Assembly: GCA_025558095.1 (NCBI GenBank)
Contig: JAIVFI010000009.1
Coordinates: 785,465 to 849,464, forward strand
Length of the DNA: 64,000 nt
Direction of reading: 5' to 3'
From: Hyaloraphidium curvatum SAG 235-1
Taxonomy: Eukaryota > Fungi > Monoblepharomycota
The position numbers and the translations under genes are program-made. Positions 23,843-34,649 of the stretch are shown here, piece by piece. Within the stretch, counting starts at the first letter, position 1. Every line of letters starts with the position of its first letter. Under the pieces are notes generated by a model, which was not told the DNA's origin, did not search any database, and saw only the letters and a program-made list of their open reading frames with translations.

Positions 23843-25273
23843 ATGCCCTCCGGCTCCTTCCCCTCCGACAACGATCACTCGACACCGATGCCGGCCTCCG
23901 CCCCGCCGCCGGGTCAGGGGCGCCCCCTCGAAACGCTCCTCGAGGACGAGTCCTGGCTCCCCATCGCCGCCGCCGCTTCCCTCGAACGCCTGTCGGACTA
24001 CGCCCTCGACCTGGCGGACCTCATTCGAACCCAATATGACTTCGTTCCGGATCGGACGCGTTGGCGCTCGGATTGCCCGCCCGCGGCTGAAGGCCTTCTC
24101 GAGAGCGTCGTGCAAGCAGCGGAGCGGGCTCGGGCAACAGCCGACGAGGCGCGGGCGGCTCTGAGGGATACTGAAGAAGCTTTCCTGTACGAGGCAGATG
24201 CGCTGGAGTATCTCAGGAGGGAAGAGGACCCTGGCCGTACAGTCAAGGTTCCCGCCGAGGCCCTTCGGGCCATAGGAGGCTTCCTCGAGTGGGGAGATGC
24301 CCTCGAGCTTTCGCTGGTCTGCAAGGAGTTCCACAGCCTCATGATTCCTCGCATCATGGAAACCTGCACTGTTCATGATGCTTCCGGCCTCCTCTGTCTG
24401 CTCCGCGATTCGCAGATCAAGCGCAGCGGCACGCCGCGGCAGGCCTGGATCTCCAGCCTCACCCTCGAGCCGGCCTGCTTCGGCGCCGGTCCTGACCTAG
24501 TTGCCAAACTCCTTAGCATGTGCTCGTCCCTGCGTGAGCTGGACTACCTTCCGGCCTCTTGGGCGGACTTGGGAGCGCTCGGATCGGTGCCGTCCGAGCT
24601 GGAGAGGCTCGTGATCCAATTCTACAGAGACCCGCCGTGCGACCGCGTTCCCAACTTCGAGCTGCCGCGGACGGACCGGATCGTCTACTACGGCCCGACG
24701 CATGCCGCGTTCTTGGACCGCATCCCGGAGGCGTGCCCAGGGCTCCGTTCGTTCGTCTACCAAGGCGGGGGCGGGCCGACCGGTCCCACCGACCTTTTGC
24801 GGAATGCCCCGGCCTTTATCCTGGAGCGAATGTCGGCCTTCTTTGTGGAGGACACCGAGACGCTCTTCTGCTTGTCCGAAGACTTTTTGGAGAACGAGAG
24901 CTTCAGGCCGCAAACGGTCGTCTGCGGACTGGTTCATGGCTCGGTCTTGTGGAACATCATCGACCGGCTGGATTTCATCAGGAACGTCGTCATCGATGTC
25001 CTGATCGACGACGAGGACACCTTCATCCCGGAAACGTTCCCGCGCTCCCTGGAACGGGTGGCGATCGACCACGTCTTTGTCCCGCCACCATCCGCGGACC
25101 ACGTCAACTGCGCCAGGTACATACTTCGATGTTTGGGAACCGAGTTCACCGTCGGAAGCGTGGCGGCAACCGGGAACCCCATCTTTCGGGACGAGCTGTC
25201 GAGCATGGGGAGCTGGGAACGGAGGTGGCTCCTGAGGGACTGGGGCGAGCTGGAAGACCTCTGGATGGAATAG
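23843..25273 (+). CDS. F-box protein with LRR-like C-terminus
   Basis: VPAEALRAIGGFLEWGDALELSLVCKEFHSL; CSSLRELDY and CPGLRSF repeats; intronless. Confidence 0.7.
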   Translation: MPSGSFPSDNDHSTPMPASAPPPGQGRPLETLLEDESWLPIAAAASLERLSDYALDLADLIRTQYDFVPDRTRWRSDCPPAAEGLLESVVQAAERARATADEARAALRDTEEAFLYEADALEYLRREEDPGRTVKVPAEALRAIGGFLEWGDALELSLVCKEFHSLMIPRIMETCTVHDASGLLCLLRDSQIKRSGTPRQAWISSLTLEPACFGAGPDLVAKLLSMCSSLRELDYLPASWADLGALGSVPSELERLVIQFYRDPPCDRVPNFELPRTDRIVYYGPTHAAFLDRIPEACPGLRSFVYQGGGGPTGPTDLLRNAPAFILERMSAFFVEDTETLFCLSEDFLENESFRPQTVVCGLVHGSVLWNIIDRLDFIRNVVIDVLIDDEDTFIPETFPRSLERVAIDHVFVPPPSADHVNCARYILRCLGTEFTVGSVAATGNPIFRDELSSMGSWERRWLLRDWGELEDLWME

Positions 25274-25436
25274 CGTGGTGCGATCGATCACTCCAGCTTG
25301 CTCTATTGGACGTAACCCGTCGGCAAGAGACGCGGATCGATCGATCATCCTCGGAGCGGAGACGGGCTGTCGATTGTCGATCGACGGACTCCGCGCCACC
25401 GCGCTACGCCACCCCCAACCGCCACCCGCCGCCGCC

Positions 25437-26588
25437 ATGTCCTCTGCCCCCGAGCTCCGCGTCACGGTCCTCGGCGCCGGCGTGGTCGGGCTCACCACCG
25501 CCGCGGTGCTCGCGCTGCACCTCCGCCGCGCCGGGCGCGCCGGGAAGATTTCCGTCGTCGGCCAGTCGACGCCCTCTGCTCCCCACGGCGACCGCCATTA
25601 TACGAGCCCATATGCCGGTGCCAACTGCTTGTCGTTTGCGGACGACGCGGACAAGGCCCAGCAGCGCCGAGATTCGCTCACGTACCGCGTGGCGCGGTTC
25701 CTGGGGAAGGTGCCCGGCACGCACGTCCACGAGTTCCCCGCGCTCGAGATGCGGCGGGAGGACTCGGCCAAGGGCGCCGAAATCCACCTGCCGTGGTTCA
25801 AATCGATTTACGACAACTTCCGCACCCTCGGCCCGGCGGAACTGGCACCGCACGGGGCCACGTCGGGGTTCGCGTTCGACACGGTCTGCTTCGACTGCAC
25901 GCGGTACATGCTGTTCCTGCAGCGCCTGCTGGAGCACCTCGGCCACTCGGTGACCCAGATCGAACGCGTCGGGCACATCGCCGACCTCTTCTCCCGCCCG
26001 AGCCCGCCCGACGCGCTCTTTGTCTGCTGCGGCCTCGGTGCCACCTCCCTCGGCGGCATCGAGGACGCCGCGGTGTACCCCGCCCGCGGCCAAACGGAGC
26101 TCGTCCGCGCCCCGGACGTGAAGGCGACCTCGGGCTGGGCGGGCGACTGGTACTACCTCATCCCCCGCGGCGACGGCACCGTCGTCGTCGGGGGCACCTA
26201 CCTCGTGGGCGACTGGAACACGGAGCCCGATCCGGCGGCGACCAAGCGGATCCTCGAGAACGCGAGCAAGCTGCCCCGCGCGCTGGACAGGCCGGGGCTG
26301 GGGGAGTTCGAGCACGTGCGCACTCAGGTGGGGCTGAGGCCCGCTAGGACGGGGGGGACGAGGATCGCCATAATCAACCCGCTGCTTGATGGGAGGAGGA
26401 GGCCGGTGGTGACCAACTACGGGCACGGGGGGTACGGGTACCAATCGTCGTGGGGTTCGGCAGCGGAGGCAGTGAACCTGTTCGTGGGGGTGGGCGGGAT
26501 TGGCGGGGAGGTGACGCAGGGGAGCATCCTGGAGGGGCTGGGGGAGGTGCTCAAGGAGTGGGAGGGAAAGAGCGGGGCGAGGTTGTGA
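25437..26588 (+). CDS. DAO: D-amino-acid oxidase family, peroxisomal
   Basis: VLGAGVVG, YTSPYAGAN, PARGQT, YLIPR, VGLRPAR, NYGHGGYGYQSSWGSA; ends in ARL (PTS1). Confidence 0.9.
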   Translation: MSSAPELRVTVLGAGVVGLTTAAVLALHLRRAGRAGKISVVGQSTPSAPHGDRHYTSPYAGANCLSFADDADKAQQRRDSLTYRVARFLGKVPGTHVHEFPALEMRREDSAKGAEIHLPWFKSIYDNFRTLGPAELAPHGATSGFAFDTVCFDCTRYMLFLQRLLEHLGHSVTQIERVGHIADLFSRPSPPDALFVCCGLGATSLGGIEDAAVYPARGQTELVRAPDVKATSGWAGDWYYLIPRGDGTVVVGGTYLVGDWNTEPDPAATKRILENASKLPRALDRPGLGEFEHVRTQVGLRPARTGGTRIAIINPLLDGRRRPVVTNYGHGGYGYQSSWGSAAEAVNLFVGVGGIGGEVTQGSILEGLGEVLKEWEGKSGARL

Positions 26589-26616
26589 TCTCGATCGAAA
26601 TGGCAGAACAAGACTG

Positions 26617-27408
26617 CTACGAGACATCGCTCCCCGGGACAGCGGCCGTGTAGTGCGCCGCGAACGGCTCCCCCGCGGGAACCGCGTCACTCCTCAGCGC
26701 CTCCACCGCGGCATCAAGAGCTTGTAAGCAGCTCTTCTCAGCATCGTCATCTCCTCCGGATCGGAAGAACGCCATCACCCTGCATACCGCCATGTCGCAC
26801 GCCCCGGTCCGCAGCCTCTCCACGCGCCACGTCCGCGCGGCGAGCCCCTCGCCCTCGCAGGCCTCGACCAGGTCCTCGGCGCTGGGTCTCCCGGGGTCGA
26901 CCACCAGCGCAATTCCGCCGGGGCGAAGGGCGGAGAAGAACAGTCGCGCCAAGGGGGCGGCGGAGCGGCGGAGGTAGCATACGTCCGCGCCCAGCACGAT
27001 GTCGAACTGCCTCGACAGAGAGGGAGCGTGCCAATCCAGCTTCGCCACCTCGATGTCGGCGCCGTTCAGTTCCCCGTTCTGTTTGAGGAGCTCCACCGCG
27101 CCCGCGTCCACGTCGGTCGCCAAAACGCGGGCACCCAGCCTCGAAGCGACGAGCGACGCCGCGCCTATCCCCGCGCCGACCTCGAGCACCTCCTTCCCAT
27201 CCATCTCCTTCCCAAGAAGCACCAAGAGCCGGGAAAGCGCCGCTGTCGAGCCCCATACCTGCTCCCACAACCCTCGCGGCGCGCGCGTGCGGAGGAGCCG
27301 GAGCGCGTCGCCGGGGTGGGTGGGGGAGGGGGGGAGGCCGGGGACGGGCAGGAGGTACGGGATGAGGTCGGGTGGGAGATTCGGGGGAGGAAACGCGTCG
27401 GATGGCAT
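26617..27408 (-). CDS. Methyltransf_16 (METTL21-like) protein methyltransferase
   Basis: VWGS, VLEVGAGIG, ATD, KLDW and DIVLGADVCY. Confidence 0.85.
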   Translation of the reverse strand: MPSDAFPPPNLPPDLIPYLLPVPGLPPSPTHPGDALRLLRTRAPRGLWEQVWGSTAALSRLLVLLGKEMDGKEVLEVGAGIGAASLVASRLGARVLATDVDAGAVELLKQNGELNGADIEVAKLDWHAPSLSRQFDIVLGADVCYLRRSAAPLARLFFSALRPGGIALVVDPGRPSAEDLVEACEGEGLAARTWRVERLRTGACDMAVCRVMAFFRSGGDDDAEKSCLQALDAAVEALRSDAVPAGEPFAAHYTAAVPGSDVS

Positions 27409-27839
27409 TGGATGGGGATGGGAAACGCGTCGAGAGTGGATGACGACGCGTGGTAGAGTTGTTGACGCAAGGGACTGCCCCGGGGACGGTGCAACCCCGC
27501 GATTCGACACCCGCGGGGCGACGCGGCACTTCGACGGTGCACTTACGGCGCTTTCGAATGCTCCGTGGAACTCCGGGGGGGTCGAAGCACCTCGCGGGCC
27601 CGGCATCCGCGGGACGCATCGACGGGCGAGTTCGACGCGGCATCTCGCGGCCCCGTAGCGGCGCTCAAGGGGGTTGTTGTGGTCGCCGTGAAGAGGCACG
27701 CGTCGCACCTCCTCAGAGCTCACAGAGCGTTGGGGCTTGGACCATTCTGGCCGATGAACAGGCCTGCAGGGAGCCGGAAGCAGACCACGTCATCGGTCAC
27801 GGGGGCGCACTTTCTTCCGTCGAACCGGCCCTGGAGCGA

Positions 27840-29180
27840 GACGCGCGGGGAACTCCTGGCTTTTCAAGCGGGGCGCTACGTGGTGCTCCGTTTGAGAGCG
27901 TGGAGATCCCCGCGGTTCGAGCGGCCTGGAATGAACGGGGCTTCTCGTCGATGCCGTACTGCGACCCGGCTGGAACCGCCGGAACGGGGGCTCTAGCTTG
28001 AAGAAAGGTCGCCGAGATTCACCCACGAGAACGTCGGTCGGACCCGCGGCGGCAGATCTTCCGGAGGATGGGGCCTGGTGCTGCTTCCATAGTATTGTAA
28101 GAGCCGGGCCTCCGCGGGACCGAACGACGTGGCGCTCGCGCATCCATCGGTGCATGATTGCCGTCTTCTACATTTGGCAACCGTTACTTGATGCACGTCG
28201 TGCTGCCGTCGGCCCAGCTTCAGACCCTGCTCCGCCCCGCGCGGGGCACTTGCTGTCGAGCAGCATGGAACGCCGAACGGGGCATCTCGTCGATGCTGGA
28301 CTGCGACCCGGCTGGAACCGCCGGAATGGGGTTCTAGCTTGAGGTAGTTGTTCGGACATCGTTAAGCTCCAAGCACTTCGGACCCGCGGTGGCAGATCCT
28401 CTCGGGGCAGCGCCGCCGGTTGCACCTGCATCTGGACAAAGCTCACCGGGGGACCGGTCGGGCCTAAACGCTCCTCTCCATCTACTGCTGCAGCTGCCGT
28501 CGATAGCGACTTTTCGAGAGCCCCGCGGGATCGCGCCGGTAGTACATGCAGGGCTGCGGCAGGGACTGGATGCCGTCGCTGCGCGCAAGCTGGAACCGCC
28601 GCGATGGAGGCTCTAGCTCCGCGACGCAGCGCGTCGGCATCCAATCAGTGGAAGGAAGCTGGCCTTTCGGCTTTGCGGATGAATCGCTCAAGGATGTGAC
28701 GGCGTCGTGGGATGCCGGAGACGGCTCCAGGTCGGATCTGCCGTGCTCGCGGTTCTGAATGGGGCAAGGTCGCCCGGCATCTCGCTTCAAGCCTGCTGCA
28801 CATAGGAATGAGATCGCGGCGGCGCGGGGAGACGCGGCTCCCGACGAGGCGGCATTGCCTCGCCGAAGCAACCATCATCCTCTCCGCGCCATCGCTCGCA
28901 CAAGGACCGGAAGGACATCTGCAGTCTTCCGGACAGGGACGGGAGGCGCGGGACTGCGGGCTCTGCGGACGCGCTTTCGGGGCATCCATGCATAGACACT
29001 GGTGGTCCCGCGCCGTTTTCGCCCTACGGCGGGGTGTTCCACGCATTTCGTGCATGCGAAGACAGGACCTATTGCCGGACATCGCGTACCATGGGAGAAT
29101 GGGACGCGCGGCGGGCGAATGGGACCGGAGGCGCTTTCCCGTGCTTCCGGGACCTTCAGCTGCCGATCGCCGCGCGGTCC
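27840..29180 (-). repeat. Nested-palindrome hairpin array 1 (reverse orientation, more degenerate)
   Basis: Clearest copy 28945-29014: GGCGCGGGAC-N12-inner hairpin-N17-GTCCCGCGCC. Weaker copies at ~27842, ~28820 and ~29105. Confidence 0.6.
27917..28618 (+). repeat. Degenerate direct repeats, ~342-bp offset (two near-full copies plus one partial)
   Basis: CTGCGACCCGGCTGGAACCGCCGGAA..GGG..TCTAGCTTGA at ~27959 and ~28301, partial at 28569-28618; second block TCGGACCCGCGG.GGCAGATC at 28038 and 28378. Confidence 0.9.
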
Positions 29181-29363
29181 GCAGCTACAAGGCCCACGAA
29201 CGGTTCCTCACTGTCGGTCGCACTGGGAGGACTTGTCCTGGCGCACGTGGGCGGGGTCGGGCGAAGTCGCTGGGGATCTTCCTGGGACGTGGCAGGGAAC
29301 GAGTCCGATATTGTGTGTCTTTGTACTCCTGTTGGACACACGGCCCGGGCCTCCTACTCCGCT

Positions 29364-30320
29364 CTACCCCACCCCCCCCTTCGGATCCTCCACGATGCTC
29401 GGCGACCTCGCCCTGTCCTGGAACACGATCCCCACGTGCCCCCCGTCCTGCGGCGACGGAATGTTCCTCCCCACCACGCTCAACCCGCCGACGCGCGAAC
29501 ACAGCACCTCCTGAAGCGCGAAATCGAGGAAGGACCACTCGGGCCCCTGGCCTTCAGGGAACTCCTTGCCCGCGGCCGAAAGCCGGCACCCCTCGTCGTG
29601 GCCGGAGTCGAACAGCGACCACAGCTCGCGCGCGAGGGAGAGCGGCATCCCGTAGGCGTGCACGCAACGCCCGCAGGTCCTCGCGACCTCGACGAGGGTG
29701 CCGGGGACGAAGCGCTCGTCCCGGTCGTAGTCCCGACATACGATGCAGCACAGGCCGAGGTTGACGAACGGGAGGGCGGGGGGGAGCGGGGAGTACAGCT
29801 TGCCGGAGGAGCCGCCGGGGCGGGCGAGGGAGAGGTTGGAGAGGGCGGAGACGGCGTCGAGGACCGCGCGGCGGGCGGGGAGGGGAGAGGAGGCGAACGC
29901 GGGGTGCACGTCCACGTCGTCCTCGAAGAAAAAGGCCCACGGGTCACCTTTAGCGTCTTTATAGTCGGAAACGAACTTTTCCCAGGCGCGCTTGTGGCCG
30001 CCCTTGTTTGAGCACGCGCGGTGCGCGACGCGGTTCGGCCCGTCTTTGTCGCCGAGCGCGTGCCGCCGCGGGGCGACGGTGGAAATGCGGAGAAAGCCGA
30101 GCGCGCGGATCGCCATCGCCGCACGCTGGAACCGCGGCTTGTCGGGCGACAGCGAGACGACGTAGGCGGGGAATGGGAGGGACGGGGGCGCGTCCGCGTC
30201 GTCCGTGTCGGCCGGGAACGCGCCCGGGAAGCCGCCCCGGGCAGATGTCCGGTTGAATGCAATAATGGCAAATAGAACGGCGAATGCCGCCGCGAACGCC
30301 AGACCCGCCGGCGGGAGCAT
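29364..30320 (-). CDS. GT25-like glycosyltransferase, type II membrane protein
   Basis: N-terminal TM, AYVVSL....R, GHKRAW, FFEDDV and CVHAY. Confidence 0.65.
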   Translation of the reverse strand: MLPPAGLAFAAAFAVLFAIIAFNRTSARGGFPGAFPADTDDADAPPSLPFPAYVVSLSPDKPRFQRAAMAIRALGFLRISTVAPRRHALGDKDGPNRVAHRACSNKGGHKRAWEKFVSDYKDAKGDPWAFFFEDDVDVHPAFASSPLPARRAVLDAVSALSNLSLARPGGSSGKLYSPLPPALPFVNLGLCCIVCRDYDRDERFVPGTLVEVARTCGRCVHAYGMPLSLARELWSLFDSGHDEGCRLSAAGKEFPEGQGPEWSFLDFALQEVLCSRVGGLSVVGRNIPSPQDGGHVGIVFQDRARSPSIVEDPKGGVG

Positions 30321-30525
30321 TGCGGTTTCGGCGGTTTCTCGAGGCCGTCGAGTCCCTTGGCCTCGGCGAGGTCATCGCCCAAGTCAGGATGTCGCGCGTT
30401 GTGGCGGTTCTCCTTGCTCTCATTGCATATATTGCTGGAGCTCATCAGAATTTGAAGCGGCTGATGGATCGCTCCCAGTCCCCTTTGTACGCCCAAAGTC
30501 TGTCTACTCCGTACGTCTCGACAAT

Positions 30526-33107
30526 CTACAGCTCGATCTCCTTCATCTTGGCCCTGTAGGCCTCCACCATTTCTGCCTCCTCCCTCTTTGCCCTCGCCAG
30601 CCGTTCTTCCGCGTCGCGGATCGCCTCCCTGGCGGCCAGCACGCGCTGCTGCAGCTCCGCGAGCTCGGCGAAGGCGCCCTGCGGAGGAGGGGAGGCGGCC
30701 GAGACGGATGGGGCCGCGCGGGTGGGTTTGGCGGGGGCGGGGGCGCGCTTCGCGGGAGGCGGCGAGGGCGAGCGGGGGCGGGGGGTGGCGGGGGCGCGAT
30801 CGCGCCTTGAGGAAGACGGCGCGGGGGAAGACCACTTGCCCTTGGCGTCCCTCCCCGCCTCCTTGTCCTCGTCCTTCTCCTTCTCCCGCTCCTGGTCCCT
30901 CTGCTTGGCCTCCTTCGCCTCCTTGGCCTTGCTGGCCTCCTTGGCATCACCCCCCTCCTTGCCCTCCTTGGACTCGGCCGCCTTGCCGCCCTTCCCCTTC
31001 CCGAAACAGAACTTGACATGGTCCACCGCGCCCCTCCTCTCGGCCTGTCTGCTCCCGCAACCGTGGCACGCAAACACCGGCCTGCCCTTGTCCAGCACCG
31101 GCTTCACCGTCACTGTCTTGCCGCCCGGGAGCGAGACCACCACGTCGCGGTGCATGGCGTTCATGTGCTTCTCCTTGGTCAAGCCGGCGCAGCGCGCGCA
31201 GACCGTGCAGCCGGGGAGGTGGTACCGGCCCGACGAGTCCTTGCCGCCGGGTGGGGAGGCGGAGTTCTTGGCGCGAGGGGGAGGCATGCTGCTCCGCCAC
31301 GCAGGAGGGGAGGCAGCGCGGCGGGCCGGGGAAGCAGCACGCCGCACAGGGCTCGGCGCCCTCCTTCCCACCACCGCCACCCTCTTGGCCGGCCTCGGCG
31401 GCGCGTACGACTCGCCGTCGCTGTCGATGCCCTCCACCTCGCTCCCCTCGTCCCTCTCCCGCCCGCGCTTGTGACCCTCCCTTTCCTTGTCTTCCCCGCG
31501 CGCCGGGGTCGCGGCGGGCGTCGGAAGGCCCACCTGCTCGGTACCCTCGCTCACGACCCTCTTGTCCGCCGAGAGCCGCTTGGGCGGCGCGGGTTTGCCC
31601 TTGCCCTTGGCGTCCTTCTTCTCCCTCTCCTGCTCCTTTTCCTTCGGTTTCTGCGGCGTCCGCACGGGCGGCGGCGACTCCAACCTCCTCCCCTGCGGCT
31701 TCACAGGGGCCCTCGGCGACGTCGGCGCCGGCCTGCGCGCCGGGGTCGCCGGAAGCTCCAGCAGCTCCTCCTCCACCGGGCTCTCGGGCCGCACCGACCG
31801 GGGCTTCTTGGCCTCCCGCTGCGGCGCCGGGCTCGAGGACGGTGGAGGGCGCTTGGCGCGGCGGGGGGAGGTCGGGAGGAGGTACGGCATGTCCATGCGG
31901 AGGAGGTCGAGCTCGGAGCGGGGTTGGGGCCGGGGGCGGGGAGGGTTGGCGGGGGTGGGTGTGGGGGCCGGGGAGGGGGAGGGGGAACGCGACCGGGCGG
32001 TGGTCGGGGTGGGGGAGCGCGCGGGGGCCGCGAGGCTGGCCGACGCGGGGGGACGGGGTGGGTCCCTGGTCGCGTCGATCGAAGCGAGCAAGGCGTTGAC
32101 CTCCGCGAGGACTTTCTCGTGCAAGAGGCCGTCCGAGGGCGGGGAGGAGGGGGGTGCAGGGGTGGGCGAGCGCGCGCGGGGAGGGGTGGGGGGCCGTGAT
32201 GGAGGGGGGTCTTCGGGGGCGGTTTGGGGCGACTCGGTCTCGGCTGGCTGGGTTGCCTCGGGTTCATCGCCGTCTTCGGCGGGGGCAGGGGCGGGGGAGG
32301 CGGCGCGTTCCGGCGCGGGATTGGGCGCCGGTTCCTTGGCCGTCTCGGTCTCGGCCGCCGCGGCACCCTCGCCCTGATCACCGTCCTTCTGGGCCTTGTC
32401 CGCATCGACCTCCTCCTCCTCGTCGTTCCCGGGCAGGATAAAGTACGGCATCCCGTCGCTGTCCGGCTCGGGCGGCCCCTGCGGCCTCTCGTCGACGGGC
32501 TCCCACAGTTCCATCCGGAAGTGGTTCCGCGCGTGCTCGCGGAACATCTCGTACAGCGGGTTCTTGAGCGGCGGCGTGCTGACGACCGAGCGGAGGATGG
32601 CGGCGAGGAAGGGGAGGGTGGTGAAGGGACGCCCGAACGGCTGGGGAAGCCAGGTCCACGCCTGATCAGGGGGGGATGTGAGCGGGGGACGGCGGCGGGG
32701 GACCCAAGAAAACTGACCACGGGGAACCACACCGCCGAATCCTTGAGCTCCTCGGTGGCCCTGATCAGGTCGTCCTTGGAGACCTTGAGCCACACGTCGT
32801 GGTCGGGCTCGTTGTCGATGGCGTGCCGCTTGATGGCGTCGAAATCAGACGCCTCTGAACTTTGTTTGAGAAGAGCGCCGAGGTTCCCCTGCGACGCCCA
32901 GCTGAATCCCAGCTCCGAGGCGGCGGGTAGCACGGCGAAAAGGCCGTTGTCGGTGCGGGCCGAAGGGGGGAGCGCGCGGGAAAGGCGGGCGAGCAGCCGC
33001 TTCTCGGACACGTCGCGGGGCAGCGGCGGGCGCTTGCGGCGCGTCCCGCCGGGCGCATCGGGCGATGGCGACCGCGGGCCCGGCGGTTTCGCCGCGTCGG
33101 AGGCCAT
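30526..33107 (-). CDS. Pro/Lys/Glu-rich protein with putative Cys/His zinc-binding motifs and a C-terminal coiled coil
   Basis: Two exons (intron ~32718..32662); CTVCARC..HMNAMH and FACHGC..DHVKFC. Confidence 0.65.
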
Positions 33108-33319
33108 GCCGGGCGTGATGGGCCGGGCTGCGCGGATTTCGGAGGACGCGTTGGTGGTGCGATAAGTCCCTTGTTGACCGGGGCCGCCGCTGGCCCGACG
33201 CGATTTCATTCGGCCTGCAGCAGGCTATTACAGTGTGATTATTCGTGCAGAACGCTAATACTTCGTGGATGGATGACAATCTTCGCCCAAGATGCTCCCG
33301 CTCCCGCACTTTAGGGCTG

Positions 33320-34649
33320 CTAATGGCCGCTGCGTCTCGGGATCGCCGAGTCCCGCTTTGCGCACTGAAGCAGGTCCCGCCCATTCTGGCAGTTGAACAG
33401 GCCCTCGCTCGTCTCCTTGCGGCAAAGCCAGGTCCCGGACGTGGCGAAGCACGTGGCCATTGCGTCCCTCTCCGCTGCGGCGAGGCCGTCGTCGATCGCC
33501 TGCGCCAGCGTGAGGGTGCTGCCGGAGTTGAGGAAAAAGTCCGAGCCGAAGACGGCCGCGAGGAGCTCGGGTGGGGTGTTCGGGCGGAAGAGCGGGTCCG
33601 GGGACCTGAGAATATCCGCGAGCTTCATAGCTCGGACATGCAGCGCCTGTCACGGGGAATGCGGCAGTCAGGTCCGCGCGGATGGGAGGATGAAGCAGGC
33701 GCGCGCGAAGGGCACCACGCGGTCGCACCTTGTTGGCCGTGATCGTGCCCGCGATCCCCGCAATCAGCTCGCCGAACTGGAATACGTCCACCTCGTATCC
33801 CGTCATCCTGTCAGTGTCGTCGACGTCCGGCAGTTGCTTCTGCTCCGGGTAAATATTCCTCCTTTCGTAGGCCGGGTATGCTCCCTCTTTCCCGGCGGTG
33901 CGGAGGAACAGCCGCACAGAACGCCCCGGCAGCGCCGTCCAGGCCTTGCCGATCCGCGGCAGCCTGTCACCGCAGACAAGCACGTTCTTAGGCCTCAGAT
34001 CACCATGAACGAGGTCGTTCTGGTTGATAAAGGCCAGGCCGACGGCAATCCGGGCCACCATCTCGGCGGCCGCGATGCCGGCATTGCCGTCGGCTCGGGC
34101 CTCGGCGGGCTTCCACATCGTGAGGTCGACGGCGCGACCCATTGATGTCAAACACGGCGAGGAAAGCACGACGAGCTCGTTCTTGGCGCCCGTCCACGCC
34201 TCCGAATCCAGCACGGCCCAGTACTTGGTGGTGTAGGGCCCCAGCGACAGCGCGTCGAGCGTGCTTCGCGCGCGGGGGGCGAAGATATCCTTGAAGGGTA
34301 GTTTCACCTTGGGGTCCTTCATGGCGCCCACGGGCACGCGGTGCGCGAAGAGCCCGAGCTCCGTGCCCGTCGACGCGAACTTGAGCGGCAGCATCGCAGC
34401 CTTCGTGGACGCGCGCAGGTTCCTGACGACGTCGTCCCGCCACTGATTGTCGATCGCGCTCAGGTCGAATTTGCGGCCAGCGAAATCCTCGAGGCGGGCG
34501 GAGGAGCCGGGCAGCAGGGAAGGCACTCGGAAGTGCTCTCCGAGCTTGAGCGGGTTGGAGAGGTCGAGGTCGACCCACTCTATGCCGGCGAGAGCGGGGG
34601 AGGCGAAGAACAGCGCCGCGAGGGCGAGGAAGAGGGCGGAACTTGGCAT
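33320..34649 (-). CDS. Signal-peptide-bearing pseudokinase
   Basis: MPSSALFLALAALFFASPALA; LVHGDLRPKNVLV; DFG position reads RIGKAW; DVFQFG; DPLFRP in exon 2. Confidence 0.7.
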
